NCBI GenBank assembly: GCA_051362555.1
Contig: CM120649.1
Span: forward strand, 12,772,001-12,836,000
From: Lingula anatina
Lineage: Eukaryota > Animalia > Brachiopoda
Direction of reading: 5' to 3'
Length of the DNA stretch: 64,000 nt
The translations under genes and the position numbers were made by a program. Positions 1-13,781 of the stretch are shown here, piece by piece. Numbering within the stretch: position 1 is the stretch's first letter; each line of letters opens with the position of its first letter. Below the pieces are notes generated by a model, which did no database searches, had not been told where the DNA came from, and saw only the letters and a program-made list of their open reading frames with translations.

Positions 1-248
1 GCACGCGCACGCATGCGCGCGTTTGTGTTGGGGGGGAAGAAATGTCCTTTTTGGGACAATTTTGATTAAAGAGGGACAAGTCTGAATCAAAATTTCATCT
101 GTTAGGTTATGCCATTTTCAAATTGGAATTAATTGGGAGGTTGGGCGGGGGGGGAGAAGATAAAGTATATACATTAATCAAATATTTTAGCATAAGCCCA
201 ACCACCATAAAGCTCAATTCTCATACATGTATGCTCGCTGTATTTCAG

Positions 249-365
249 GTTATAATGTGCAATAATGTCCAGGAGTTGTACAGTCATATAGACAGGGACC
301 AGTTAACACAGGACCTGGGAGGCCTTATAGCCTACGATCACGCCGAGTGGATACAGCAGAGAGCC
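249..365 (+). CDS. MCF2L: GEF exon: end of Sec14/CRAL-TRIO domain
   Basis: tttcag|GTT...GCC|gtaagt; [39 protein letters not shown]. Confidence 0.92.
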
Positions 366-3300
366 GTAAGTATGGCAGGAGATGAGAAGGCATGGACTTG
401 TGTGCTGCCCCCTTTTGTTCACCGTGGCTTTGTTTTCCATGAAAAACCCAAATAGAAATCCTGGTTGTTTTTGTTTCTCTTTTTAGTGACTTGATGAAAT
501 GAAAAGTAAGCAAGTGATAATTAATAAAAGATACATAATTAAATAAAGAGAGAAATGAAAAATAAATAGGTATCAGTATTTATTGTTAGGATAATAAATG
601 GTTAAACATCACAAAAAAAATACTCTTAGACCCCATTTCCATAGATTTTAGATCGATCTATCCCTGTGGGGAGTCTCACTAGATTACTGTCAGCTTTGGC
701 AGCTTAAGCGTCTGTCCCGCCTACTGAAAGCTGTAAGGGGGTAATTAACTATGGTGCGCGCTTGGCAGACTGCAATTTAGCGTGAACCCCCAGGGAGTTA
801 GGTCGATCTAAATCTTAATCTCTGGATCGATCTAAATCTGTGGGAATACACCCTTATGTTTGTGGTATATCCTGCATATTTTGCTAATTTTCCAGGCCAT
901 AGAAAAATTCTCTGCTAACACCCACCATGTCTCAGGTCAGCTACAGCAATGCACAGAACGCCTCAGCGAAACTGAGCTCCCCAATGATGTCGCGGGGACA
1001 GAGGCCCTTCTCCGAGATCACGGCCTAGAGCGTATGGAGGTGAAGGAGGAGTTGAAAAGCGTCGTAGAGCACGGAGAAACGTTGCTCAGTTGTATTCGTG
1101 AGCCAGAGCTGGAAAGTGGACAGGCGGAAATGGTGCTAAGTGTGTCAAAAGTAGTGCATGTGACTGCAGTGGAAAGGTAATTTATTGCATTGTGTGTGTG
1201 TGTGTGCGTGTGCGCATATGTGTGCGTGTATTAAATGGTATGTACTGTCACATACATACGTATTACGCACATTATGTATATTTGCATGTTAGGTATTTTA
1301 TGAATATGATTGAGAGTGGGATACACATGTGACATTTGTTAATTATAAGAAGTCAGTGTATTAATATGTGAAAGATAGCAAAGAAACTAAGTTTTAAATT
1401 GATATGAGTGCAGTAGAGAATATAACTCAAGGCAAGGAATTATGGATGCATGCGTACAGTCGTGTGCGTATACATGTGTTTGTACCATACACGTGTCTTG
1501 GCACGTGTCTGCTTTATGTAAGAGTTTTTAAGCATTCATGAATATGACTTGGTGGTTGTGAGAGGTTTTCACCTTTGGGGGCCATGAATGCTGGTATATA
1601 AAAACACTTACTAATAGCTAAAGTTTGATGCTGAATAATATAGCTTTCTTGAGTGCCTTGATGTGCCTAGTGTATAATAATTATAATTATTCTCATATTA
1701 TATCGAGGCATCTTGGGACTTTCTTTAATTCCATTAACAATATCTATCTAAATCTTTCACATTTAATTGAGCCTAATATGAAACATTGACTCCTTTTTAC
1801 CTTTAATAGTCATAAGTTTCCCTATGCTATAAATGGTAACGTTACAGTTGTATCAAAAACAAAGTGAGACTAAATAATTCATCTTATGCATTAAAAATAT
1901 TGTAAAAAATGGGAATTGGTAGATCTTTTGCATTTGACTGTGGAATAACAGCTGTAGATGTGGATTTGATAAATATTGATCAGGTGATGGATTGATGAGT
2001 CAGATAATGCTATAGTTATCAATTATTTACTTCAAGGCCCGCATTATCTTTCATGTGTTGTATCTGTAAGCAGAATACACATGTTCTGAGACGTGTTTGC
2101 AGTCTAGCTGCGTGGCCTTTAGTAAGGACTGCACAACCTCAACGGATCTTGTGATGACATGATGTGACCATTTTTTCATCTCAGTGACTAGGAGTGTGTG
2201 TGGGACAGCAGATGGATTAGATTGGCTTATTATGATTAGGCATTGTGATCATACAGGCTTACAGGCCATCAAGGCACCTAAGTAAAGTCAACTTAGCTAG
2301 ACTGTGAATGTGCCTGGAGTGTACTCAACTTAATGACCACAGTGGCCTATAATAGTAGCAAGTTAGAATAGCCGATATGTAGCAATGGAGTGAACATGCA
2401 TTTGAAAAGCTGGATAATGGGGAAAAATGAAGGTTGGTACTATATACTGAATGAAATTGTATATACTGTGGATTATGGTTTGAATATTTGCAATGGGTTA
2501 AAAGATTTTTGTTGTTGTGGTTCTGTTTCTGAAAGCAGTTAGTATATGTCCTGTTACACTGCAGTGCCAGCAGATTGAGGTGTGCTTGCCTAGATTTAGT
2601 TAGATATGCTGTCCAAGAAGAAGGCTTAAGATATGATATAATTAGAGTTAGGTTAAACTAGACAAGGATTCACATCATAACTGTAAGTAGTATGTTTAGT
2701 GATTGGTGGATTTGTATTATTTTGAATGCAGCTTAGATTTTTCATGAATACTTGCATAAGGTGGGTAAAAGTGGGAAATATTAGTCAAGATCTACCCTTC
2801 AAATATGGAAATGGTGAACATATATTTCTGTAGTTATGCAAAGTATTTTCTGTGAGGAGATGACGTTCAAATATTTTAGGCTTTAGAATGTTATTTATAA
2901 TTTTTAAGTTACAAATGTACCTGTTACTCTAGCTTGACTAGGGTTCCCATATTACATATTATAGAATGTGGTAAAACATACTGCAGCATAAAATTATTTG
3001 AAAAATTGAAAAGTGAAGCCAGTTTTATTGTTAGAACTCAAAGAAATCTATAAAAGATTATGCAGGATATCAGGGTAATGTCAATTTTCATCTTTTTTTT
3101 TTTGTTCTGAGAAAGAGAGATAGGATTGGGAGTGGATCCCCCTTACTTTCAGTGTGACAATTTAATGTATGCAATGCATCTATATATTAATGTGCATGTT
3201 ACCACAGTAACTTAAAGCTGGTGATATATTTTTTGGTTTTGTAATGATATGTTAGTTAAAAACTGTTTTGAACTCATCAGAATATGACACCTTACTCTAC

Positions 3301-6300
3301 TGTAACAGTTACAGTACTTTGTTGTCATGTGATTTGGTGGTAGCCTCATGTGGTATCAGTACAAAACCCTTCTGGCAGGCATCGGATTCCTTGCTCGTGT
3401 CCTTATATAAGAAACTTCACCATGTAGTAGAAATGGGCACCAGCAGGGGAGGTAACTGGCAATAGAAAGAATAGAAAGAAAATTACACTCAGGGGGGAAT
3501 TTAGCTGGAAAAAATCCCAGTGGTAAATGGTAAAACAGAAGAGGATAAGGACCAATTTGTTCATGTATGACCCCAGGAAGGGTAATTATCTGGAAAAAAA
3601 AACTTCAATTATAACAACCTTGACTGTTTTATTTACAATGATGGCATTAGCATCGGCTGAGGTGTTGAAATGATGTAAATTGATATATGTAAGGATTTAC
3701 TATAACTTCATTTAAACATGCAGAATGCCTCGAATTATTATATAATAGTCATCAGAATACATCTATATTGTAATGATTAGAATTGATATTGAATTTGAAA
3801 TGCATCTGCCTTGCTAAAAGCCTCAGTCTATATCTCCCATATAGTATATTTAGGCTCAGTTAACAAGATCAAATGACAAACGTGATATATAAGTTGACTG
3901 ATATTTGGCCACTTTTATTTGTGCCAAATCAAAATGAGTTTTTGTGATTTTACAATTAACAGATGGACCATGTAATCAAAATGGTGATCTGAAATAATTG
4001 ATTTAAGTACTTAACTATTACTTGTCATGACCAAAATATAATCATACAGGTAATCAGTCATGCATGAAGAAGGTTTTGTGTTTTGAATATTGTACCAAAG
4101 ATAGGTTAAATTTTCCTCTTTCTCTCTCTCGTTTTGTTTTTTTATTTTATTATTATTATTTTATTTATTTAATTATTTATTTAAGAAAAAAGTTAAGTGG
4201 TTGCTAAATTATGTGTGAAATGTTGAATAACAGACATATATCACAGAAGAGAGAGGATTTTCTTTCATATTTTCCTAAGGCAATTTCAGTAAATAGCCTT
4301 GTTATATAGGGCATTATAAAATTTGTGCTAAAGTATGCACTAAGGACTTAAGGCCGGAATCTCATGTTTTTATCTCCATGTGAAATTAACCGGAGGTGAC
4401 ATTTATTTATGTGCTATTCGGACATTACATCTTCAGACCTTTAATAGTGTGTGCACCTTTGGGCTATATCTACCCACCCCACCTCAATAATTGCTGGGTT
4501 TAGTTCATATATTTTAAGGTGACAATTTCGGAGTCGGTTGTTTCACTCATCAGGGTGCCTCTGGCTTTTGCCATCTTGAGCAAACAGTTTTGAAACCAAG
4601 CAAATAATTTTTTTCTTGTTGTCGTAATATATTGGTGGTTTAACTTCAAAAACTTTTCCTTTGAAAAGCTGATGCATCTTTTTTGTATCATAATGATGAC
4701 AAAAAGGGAAGGGATAAACGCATCGTAAAGTGACTGAAAATGACCTTACAACAGTACTCAACTTTTTACTTTGTATGCCATAGCATTGCATCTTCCTTTG
4801 CCTGTTAGATAATTTATGTATAATTGAGAAAAAAGAAATAGAAGAAAAAAATGCCAAAATGGAGAGTAAGAGACCTCTGTACAAGAGGGTACATCAGCAC
4901 CACACAAGCTGCTCTCCCCCTTTATCACGTACCGCATCACCTGACATCACTCCTCGCATGCTAAATTGTATAGCACCGTGAAGAAGGTTGCAAATTGCCA
5001 TTAAGCTTAATTCCAAAGGCTTGGAGTAAAATCATTTTCATATCAGGGAGGTGATTATGGTAGGGCCATTGCCATGGGAAAACAATAACTCGTGGTTGAA
5101 GTGGCCATGTTGTCGCTGGGCCTCGTGGATGCCTTTTCCGTTTTGGCGGCCTTGGGGAGTGGCGGAATGGTAGGGGTTTTTATGTTGGTTTTATTTTGTT
5201 AAAATAAGTGTGATCTGTATCGGCTGAATGCTACTAAATTTTTAACTCAAAGTTAGTGTAGATTAGTGACTTACTCTTGTATTTGGTACAGATTTCTCTT
5301 TGGCAGTTTGTAGTTTATTTCTTGAATGTGGGACCCATTGTGTATGCATTTCTAATGGCTTCAAGCTTAAAATAAGGCAACAGGTGCTTGTATCCTCACC
5401 AAACCTTTATCAGCACAAAGCTGCTAAAAAGTTACATGTGTTAATGGTTCTGGATTTTGAAAATATTTGTGTAAGAAATGTTTTTTTAAATTTTTTTTTA
5501 TAATTATTCTGTTGTATATATTTGTGTGAAGTTACTAGCTATAGTCTGATGGTACTTTGGCTTGAATTCTCGTGATAAAATTACATAGTCATGCAGTGAA
5601 ATTAAGAGACAGATGTGATACTAAACCCATGATAGAGACAATGTGAATTTTTTAAACATAAATCTCCATGGAAGTCTTAAGTTGAGAAGCAGTGTGTGAG
5701 GTATACATATAGTTATTCACATTTTTGGAATAAAAATTAATTTATTTTTTACAAATTTCTAGAAAAAAAGTTTATTTTAAGTTGTTAATATAACCCTTGA
5801 GCTCAGTCTGCACATTAGATTAAAAAACTTAATCCTGGAAAAATGAAATACAGGAATATTTAAGGTGTTTAAAATTTGTGAAACTTCTCATTGAATTTCA
5901 ATAAATTTAATCGATTAACTTTCTCAAAAAGAAGTGCATTTTAGTTATTAGTTATTTTTTCTAAAATTTTAGCCAGGAAGCATGTGTTCGTAAGTTTATA
6001 TTTTTTCCTTGAAAATATTGCATTTTACTATTTTATTATTTTTAGAGAAATTTTTGTTACAGTTTTTAGTTATTTTTCATATACATGGCAGGTGTAAAGG
6101 ACATTTTTGTAGGCAAATAACCTTCATGGTGCAGTGGTCACTGTATCTCTCTAAGCTGTTTTTTTTTCTACAGTGTCCATGCAGCTATAAATTTGAGGAG
6201 AGAGAAAGAGAAAGTCTAAGAGAGAGTAAGAGACATAGTCTAAAAAAGAGTAAAAGACCGAGAGAGGGAAAGAGAGAGAGCTTTCCCCTAAAATTAAACA

Positions 6301-9300
6301 ATTTTAGTAAGCAAATTGTATACAATTTCAGAGTTATTTATTTCATAAATATAGCATGAGGAAAACCATAACTCTATAAATACCTACTAAATGTGCAATT
6401 TCAGCAGATAGGATCATTCTGTGGTTAAGTTTGGACTTTCTCTTAACCTTGGCCACACACACTGTGAGAAAAGATGGGAAATTACAGGCAGAGTAAAATG
6501 TAGAACCATGATTTAGAAAAAAGAAGAGCAGTTTATGCTTTGGTGCACCACAACGAAAATATCATGTATTAATTAATTTGTTCATCTTTATTCAGTTAAT
6601 TGACAGTTTTAATGTTTGGTGTCAAGGTTTGTGAATGGTATAGAGTGAATGGATGAAAAGCCGAGATCATGTAGATAAAAGAAAAGATGGAGTAAAAAAG
6701 CTTGATTTGGTGACAAGTATGAAAGAAATATATTTTATGAAACCTTGTTTTTTGCTGTCAAAGTAGAACATATTTAAAAGAAAAAAGAAAGTTTCATGAC
6801 ATATTTCATTTCATTTTCTTGCAGACTTCTTGTACAGTTGGAAGAGACAGAGAAAGCCTTTGACAAGTTTTGGGACCAGCACCATAAGAAACTTCAGCAG
6901 TGTATGCAGCTGAGGAAGTTTGAAGATGAATTCAGACAGGTAGGAGTCAATTCTCTTTGATTTCAACAACACTTACCTTCAAACACAAGTAAGTATGGCG
7001 TCCCCTGTAGGCAATATGCTATAAGAAACATTGAATTCAATAAAAGACATTCATTTTGACATTTTGTGAATTTTTCTCTTTCCAGCTGCAGTATGTTGTA
7101 GAAAGACATCTTGAGAAATTAAAAGAAGAAGCCTTAGAAACAGAAAACTCCTTGTTGAAAATAGAGAACCATATCACAGATATGAAAGATTTTGAGGAAA
7201 ATACAAAGGTATGGATCTTTTTCATGAAGGAAATAAGATTTTGAGAGATGTTGACTGAAACATTCAGGCACATATCCTCATGTGCATGTATGCATGCACG
7301 CACAAACACACACATGCACGCAATAAAACAAAGAAACTTTAAGCTGTAAAAGATGCTGTTAACACAAAGCAGTTATGTCAAATTACTCTTGTGTACAACT
7401 GAAGTATTATATTACTACTTCTCAGTTATAATTATTTAGAATTAGATTTATTGAATTTAGCGTAAGTTTATAATATTATTAATAAAAATTGGCACAGTTG
7501 GTGATCTAATTTGACTGTAGAGATGGGATTGTTTGTATTTCTGAAAGTTCTTATCTCAAAACTCAGCTAGGGAGGCACTAGATCTACACTCAAAAATCAA
7601 ATTATTTCTGAATGTCCAAAGTTATTGTTGTACTAGTACATAATTGAAAATTGGTGGTGATGAAGTAATGCCATTGAACACTAGGTAGTATCATTTTATG
7701 CTCTGTCATCATTTTCTTCTATATGTCTGTACATTTGACATTATTGCTGCTTTCTTCCAGAATGATATCCACAGGGCAGAACAGCTCCGAATGGAGGGTG
7801 AGGCGTTGATAGAGGACCAGCATTACGCTGTGGATAGTATTCGCCCCAAGTGTTTGGAGCTGCAGAGAATTTGTCTTCAGTACAAAGAAGTTGTTCGCCA
7901 AAGAAATGAACTCCTGAGAAAGAAGAGAGATCTGTATGATAGACTGGAAAAGGTTGGTGTGCTGAAGTCGGTAATGGATTGAAATTAATAGAAGTCACTT
8001 TTAGCAAGGGTCTCCTTGGACTTCTTTTTAGTAACTGTCAAAATGATGAAAAATATATTAATAAACCTATAGAAATTTAAATAGCTAATCTGGAATATCT
8101 GTATGTCTCCAGTTGCTGTCAGTTTTCCCCCTTTCTTTTACTGGCAGTTAATAGTTAGTTCTTATTATCTGCTCAGAAACATAATTTGGATGTTATGCCA
8201 TTACTGCTGTATACTCCATAGATCAGCATTGCTTTGAGATGCAAGTAACTGGTGAGAAATATTTAATATTTTCCAGGCCAACAAATGGTGCACCAGAGGC
8301 GTAGACCTGCTGGCAATGCAGGACATGACACCAGATGGCGTTGATGTGGCCATCAAAGAAATCAGTGGCTATCTCCAGTTGTCGAAGCAGTTGAACTTGA
8401 ACAACCCACGGGAGTTCAGGCAGACTTTTGAAAGTGTGCTCACGCCAGAAATAAAGGTAAGGTGTTTAAGCCTCCCCCCCCCCCCCCCCCCAAAAAAAAA
8501 AAAAAAAATTGATATTTATGAAATATATTTATTACATTAAGTGGCACATAATCAAAATTGTGCACATGGTCATTTGTTTTATGGATAGTTATAATTTTTT
8601 CACGCATTTTAAAAAGTAGCTATAAGTTATGGAATGTTAAGACAAAAAATGCTAAAAATGTTATGAGACTATTTTCTCCATAATCTTGATCATCTGAATA
8701 TGACAATCTTCAAGTCATTTTATAATATATTATAAAGATCATTACAGTTAAAAACAGATAAATTTGCAGCATTAAATGAAATCTTTAAAAGACACAAACA
8801 GGATCTTGTATGATAATCATGTTCCCCATTTTGGAAGAGAAAGCCATCAAATACCTAACAAGGTTTTATTTCCCTACTTGTCACATAATTTGTTCAGATA
8901 TAAATAATTCTGCGAAATTTACCTTAAGATTTAACTGAATTGGCAGTTGTATAGCAGTACCTTATAATACCTAAAAAAACAAGTGCTTTACATGACCCAG
9001 TGCTGTATTTTTTAAGTTAAGACATCCTCTATCATTACAATCATGGCCTTTTTATAAGCCCAGACCTTCAATTACTAGATGTGTATTTCACCTAAGTTAA
9101 GATATAATTGACTTAATGTTATTCAACTTAAAAAATAATGGCAGTGATTTGTATTCTGGTTTGTGGTTAACCTCTTAAGCACAGTTTAGGGTCTAAGAAT
9201 ATTGTTTAATATGATAGATAGCACAGATTTCTCATATCTTCAACTTGAAATTCTTTATTTCATTCATTGTTGATCATATAATATATTTCCCTTTTATTTT

Positions 9301-9941
9301 GTTTTATTTTAATTCATATATGTTTTCACTAATTGTACAACTAGTTATATACCGAAAATTTTCAGAACAGAGAGAGCAGAGTTGTCCATTATATATGCCA
9401 ACCCAACCCTGCTATTTTAGCTATCAGGTTGTGCTAGCTTTGATTTTGGTTTAACGGAAAAAAAAACCTTATCTATATATGTTCATTGCTTGCTTAGAAT
9501 ACTATTTCAGGTATAGGAACCGTATACATTAATACAGCTACTGGTGTATATTTATTCATAATTGCTAGCTGATAATGACAATAAATTTTGAGAGAGATGT
9601 TTTTTACCTTGGTTTCCAAAAAATATTTAATCATTTAGGATACATTTGGCACAATAATTTTTTCATTTCCCAGAATGCAGTCCAGGAAGGTCTCAAGCGT
9701 ATTGAAGACATACAGGACATGTGCAAGAAGAGACTGGAGAACTTGAAGAAGGTCAAGGTCAACTCAAGGTCACCACCTCAACAGTTGACGCCACCGGTGA
9801 GTGTGTGAATATTTTGTATGACACCAGTGTAAAAAAAAAATAATAAAAAATAAAAAACATTTACTGCACCAAGATTTATTTGAGAGTTAAGCAATCAACA
9901 GATGATTAATACAACCACACACAAAATGACTAGTGAGAGAT

Positions 9942-9982
<41 letters not shown>

Positions 9983-10196
9983 CCCGAAGGAGGTGGGGGA
10001 GCATTTTTGGGTTCATGTGTGTATTGTCTTTTATTGTTATTTTGAAATCTTGAGGGGTTTTTTTTTGTTTTTTTTTCCTGTTCGAAAATTTCTATTTTCA
10101 AGTACTAGGGTATCAAGGATATCAAGGAACAAAATTACTCCAGGGAATTTGGATCAAGGGATGAGGTTTGAGAAAGACCTCCCTCTCTTCTCCCCC

Positions 10197-10227
<31 letters not shown>

Positions 10228-12725
10228 AAAAAAAAAATGTCTGCACATTCATATCAATTGTGCAGAAAAAAAAGGCTGAAAATCATTAAGTTCTTACGTA
10301 CAAATATGCTTCTGGGACTTGTCCAAATACAAAAAAAAAGGGAGGAAACATTAAATGGCATTATTAGTACCCTAAACCACCTGTATACCCTTCATTCCTT
10401 GTGTACACAAATGAAGACCTAATGATATTAACTTAAAAGCTGACCCCACTTAATGTAGTAAATATTTTAATGGACGGAAAGACTGCCGACTTAAACCAAT
10501 GTTAACATAATGTGTTTGGCTCAATGGACTTGGTCACTGTTAAATCTGCGTCTTTTGTTGTTGGGATTTTCACCTTGAAGATAAAATTCCCAGTTTGATA
10601 TTAAGTTTCATTTTGGTCTGAAAGTTGTAAAAATGGACAGAATAGGGCACTTTTAGTGTGATACAAGAAAACAAAACTCTCGGCTGTCGTCAACATGTTT
10701 ATGTCTGGACCTGTTTGGGGTAGGTTTGTACCGATTGAAAAGAATACTGTCCCACTGGCTAATGGATTGATTTGATCAAATGAGTTCAACATTCTCAGTT
10801 TGATATTGGGTTTCCTTTACATTTAGTTCCCCTTGGAAGTGAAAGGGCTAGTGGTATCAGATGACTGCATACAAGAAATATAAATAAAATCACGTGAATT
10901 TTTTTTTTTTATTTCTGGTTGAAGTTATAGGGTGCGTCCTGCACTGTTTTGACTGAGACTATAATTAGACTAACCCTAGGGAGTAGACATCTCGATTGCA
11001 GTCATCCAGTCAGCTCAATGCATTTTCTGACAGATAGCAGAGATCTTCATAATGATGCAGACAGTAGTTATCAATTGAGCTTTCTTCTTGTTTGAATTAG
11101 TCTAAATACAGTTTTAATAAAAACGGTATCGAATTGGACTACTGTTTATAAACTAGCTGTATAAAATTATGGTATTCACTCAGTGACTTTGTAAACCAGA
11201 CTGGTTTAATTACGTTTGGACATCTACTAGCGTTTGGACATCTTGGTAGAAGAATTCACTATGGAGTTGGATAAGTACAAGGATTAATTTGGATTCCTTT
11301 TACAAACGTTTTTTAGAGATCTGTAATAGGAAGATTTGCCTATATAAGACAGCATCACATTCATCAGGTGGTAAAATTAGTACATGAACCATAGTTTATT
11401 TTGATCACAACGAAGAGAAGAAAAAGTTAAAAGAGCTGAACAGATCTGTGGAATATAACTCTATTAAAATGTTCCTGTGAGAAAGGCTAAGGGATGCAAG
11501 ACGGACGTGACTGAGATGTTGACATTGACTATTTGAGTACATTTATATACCTTATTAGGGACTTTTCTGCATTTTGAGAAGCATATTGTTATTAAACCCT
11601 TTACACCAAGGACGAATTTGTTATTCCATCTGAAATTGGAGTTGACTTCTTATCTGGCAAATCTTTTAGCTGTCTGTGTATATTTGTAGATGATTTATGT
11701 TTGCTTATATTTACACTTTTGTTTGCCATAAGCTAAGTGCCTATAGCTACTTTAATGTATAATATATATTATAAAATATTTTGTGTGTACACAACAAGGA
11801 GTTAGGGAAAGCAAACTTTCGTATTTATTCTTAAAAAAGAAAGACTTTTTAGAACAAAAGAAAAATGTCCAGAAAACATTTTTATTCTTGAAGAAATTGT
11901 TGAAAGAGAATACATTTTCTCAAGTGGAAAATACTTAAAAATTCATTTGCAATGCAGTCCTTAATATAAGTTTTGCTGTTTAGTTTGAATTTACTGAGTG
12001 TGGTGAGTGACTTGACTTTGCCCACCTGGTATGGAATCGTATCTGTAGCCATAATTAAGACATAAGAGTACATTCTATCAAAAACAGACAAAGCAGAACA
12101 CAATGATGAGGAGGAGGACCATCTCCCATCCTGGTCCCAGAGTGCATCTGGTTCGTGTGAGTGTCAGGCTGTGTTCACATCAGTTCTAAGTTAAACCGAG
12201 AAATTGTCTGACTAAATGTTAGAGAAAGAATATAGAAGTTGAGAAAGTGTGTTTTGTCACTGCAGTTCCAAACACTCCACTGTCATAGGATAAACTTTGA
12301 GGTTTTATTACACAACTTATAGTCTGTAAAACTATTAGATTTGTTAAATAATTTTAGTTTTATACATTTCACAGTCTGTAAAAGCAATAGTCCTTCAAGT
12401 TTTATCTTTATTTTCACAGGAAAAGAAAGAAGCCGTGCCATTACGTAGCTCAGTGTCAACAGAAGATCTCCATCACAAAAGGAAGAGAAATGGAGAAATT
12501 AAGAAAAATGGAGGAACTCACCTCAGGGTAAGTGAATGGGATAGTTAAACATTTTTTATTTGTCACTATACTTGGGCTTTTTAATGCCATGTACTATTCC
12601 TAACTGTTGCAAATAATATTTTTCTATTGTGTAATAGTTGTACCAGGTGACTGTGGTAAATAAATACAGGCTTATCTGTGTCATTTTATATTAAAAATAT
12701 TTTTCCTCTTGATATTTCTTAATTT

Positions 12726-12776
<51 letters not shown>

Positions 12777-13698
12777 TTCAGACAAAAATAGAACTAGTCA
12801 GACAAGATGGCAATGAAAGTAGCTCATCACTGGAAAGTGAAAGTGAAAGTCTTCACAGAGGGCAGCAGAGTGGTGGAGTAAACAAGACGACCCCTCCAGT
12901 CAGTCCGCTGGCGGATCTGGATACACTTCACGCAAAGAGGGGGTAAGTTGATAAGTGGGTTCTCTTCAAGGCAGCAGAGTTAAAACATTTTCAATCAGTC
13001 TGGCAGTTTGTGCTTGTGTGTGTGTTTGTGTGTGTGTGCGTGTGCGTGCGTGTGTGTGTGTGTGTGTGTATGTCAAATCAGATTCAGCTAGAGTGCTGTT
13101 GGGGTTGATGCAAATTATGGAGGTAAAGTGTAGCCCTAATTGTATTGTTTAAATCAATGCATAAACAGAATTGTGATTCTTAAGTTACAACACTGAAGGA
13201 TTAAGTGTTTGTTTAAGAGTGGGTGTGTTTGTGTAAGGTGTTTCAGTTACTATTGAAAAGAAAAAAATACAACTTTTAGAAAAATATTTTTGTTTAGAAA
13301 AAAAATATTTTCAAGAAAAATGTGAATTATTGTCTCATCATATATTTTCAGTCATGTGATGAAGGAATTAATAGAGACAGAAAGGATATATGTGAAGGAA
13401 CTCAAAAGTATCATTGATGTAAGTGACCTGTATGAAAATTATACACATATAATGAATGTGATCTTTTAAATACTACACAGGCAGTGAATGTGTTGGTTGT
13501 GATTGTGTTGTCTCAACAAAAACAGCATGTTTTGAACAGCATGGGTTTTCTGTCAGTGAACAAGATATATTAAACAACCTTTGGGATAGACAGTTATTTA
13601 GTGGGCAGAGAATTGATTGCATTTGAATGCAGGTCTCAAGTACTTTTAAAGGAATTTATTGCCTTTGTTTATCATTCTTGAAGTGCTCTCTAAATGCT

Positions 13699-13781
<83 letters not shown>

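Noticed and set aside
3430-3585. Short ATG ORFs with donor-like sites
   Set aside because: Phase 1, incompatible with the next exon.
4850-5175. GC-richer patch with ATGs and a donor at 5169/5170 in the long GEF intron
   Set aside because: The phase-2 frame makes TGA on joining exon 6825 and the other frame does not fit; a non-coding first exon is possible but unsupported.
8474-10237. Two poly-C then poly-A tracts giving PPPP-KKKK ORFs
   Set aside because: Intronic low-complexity runs; translations are artefacts.
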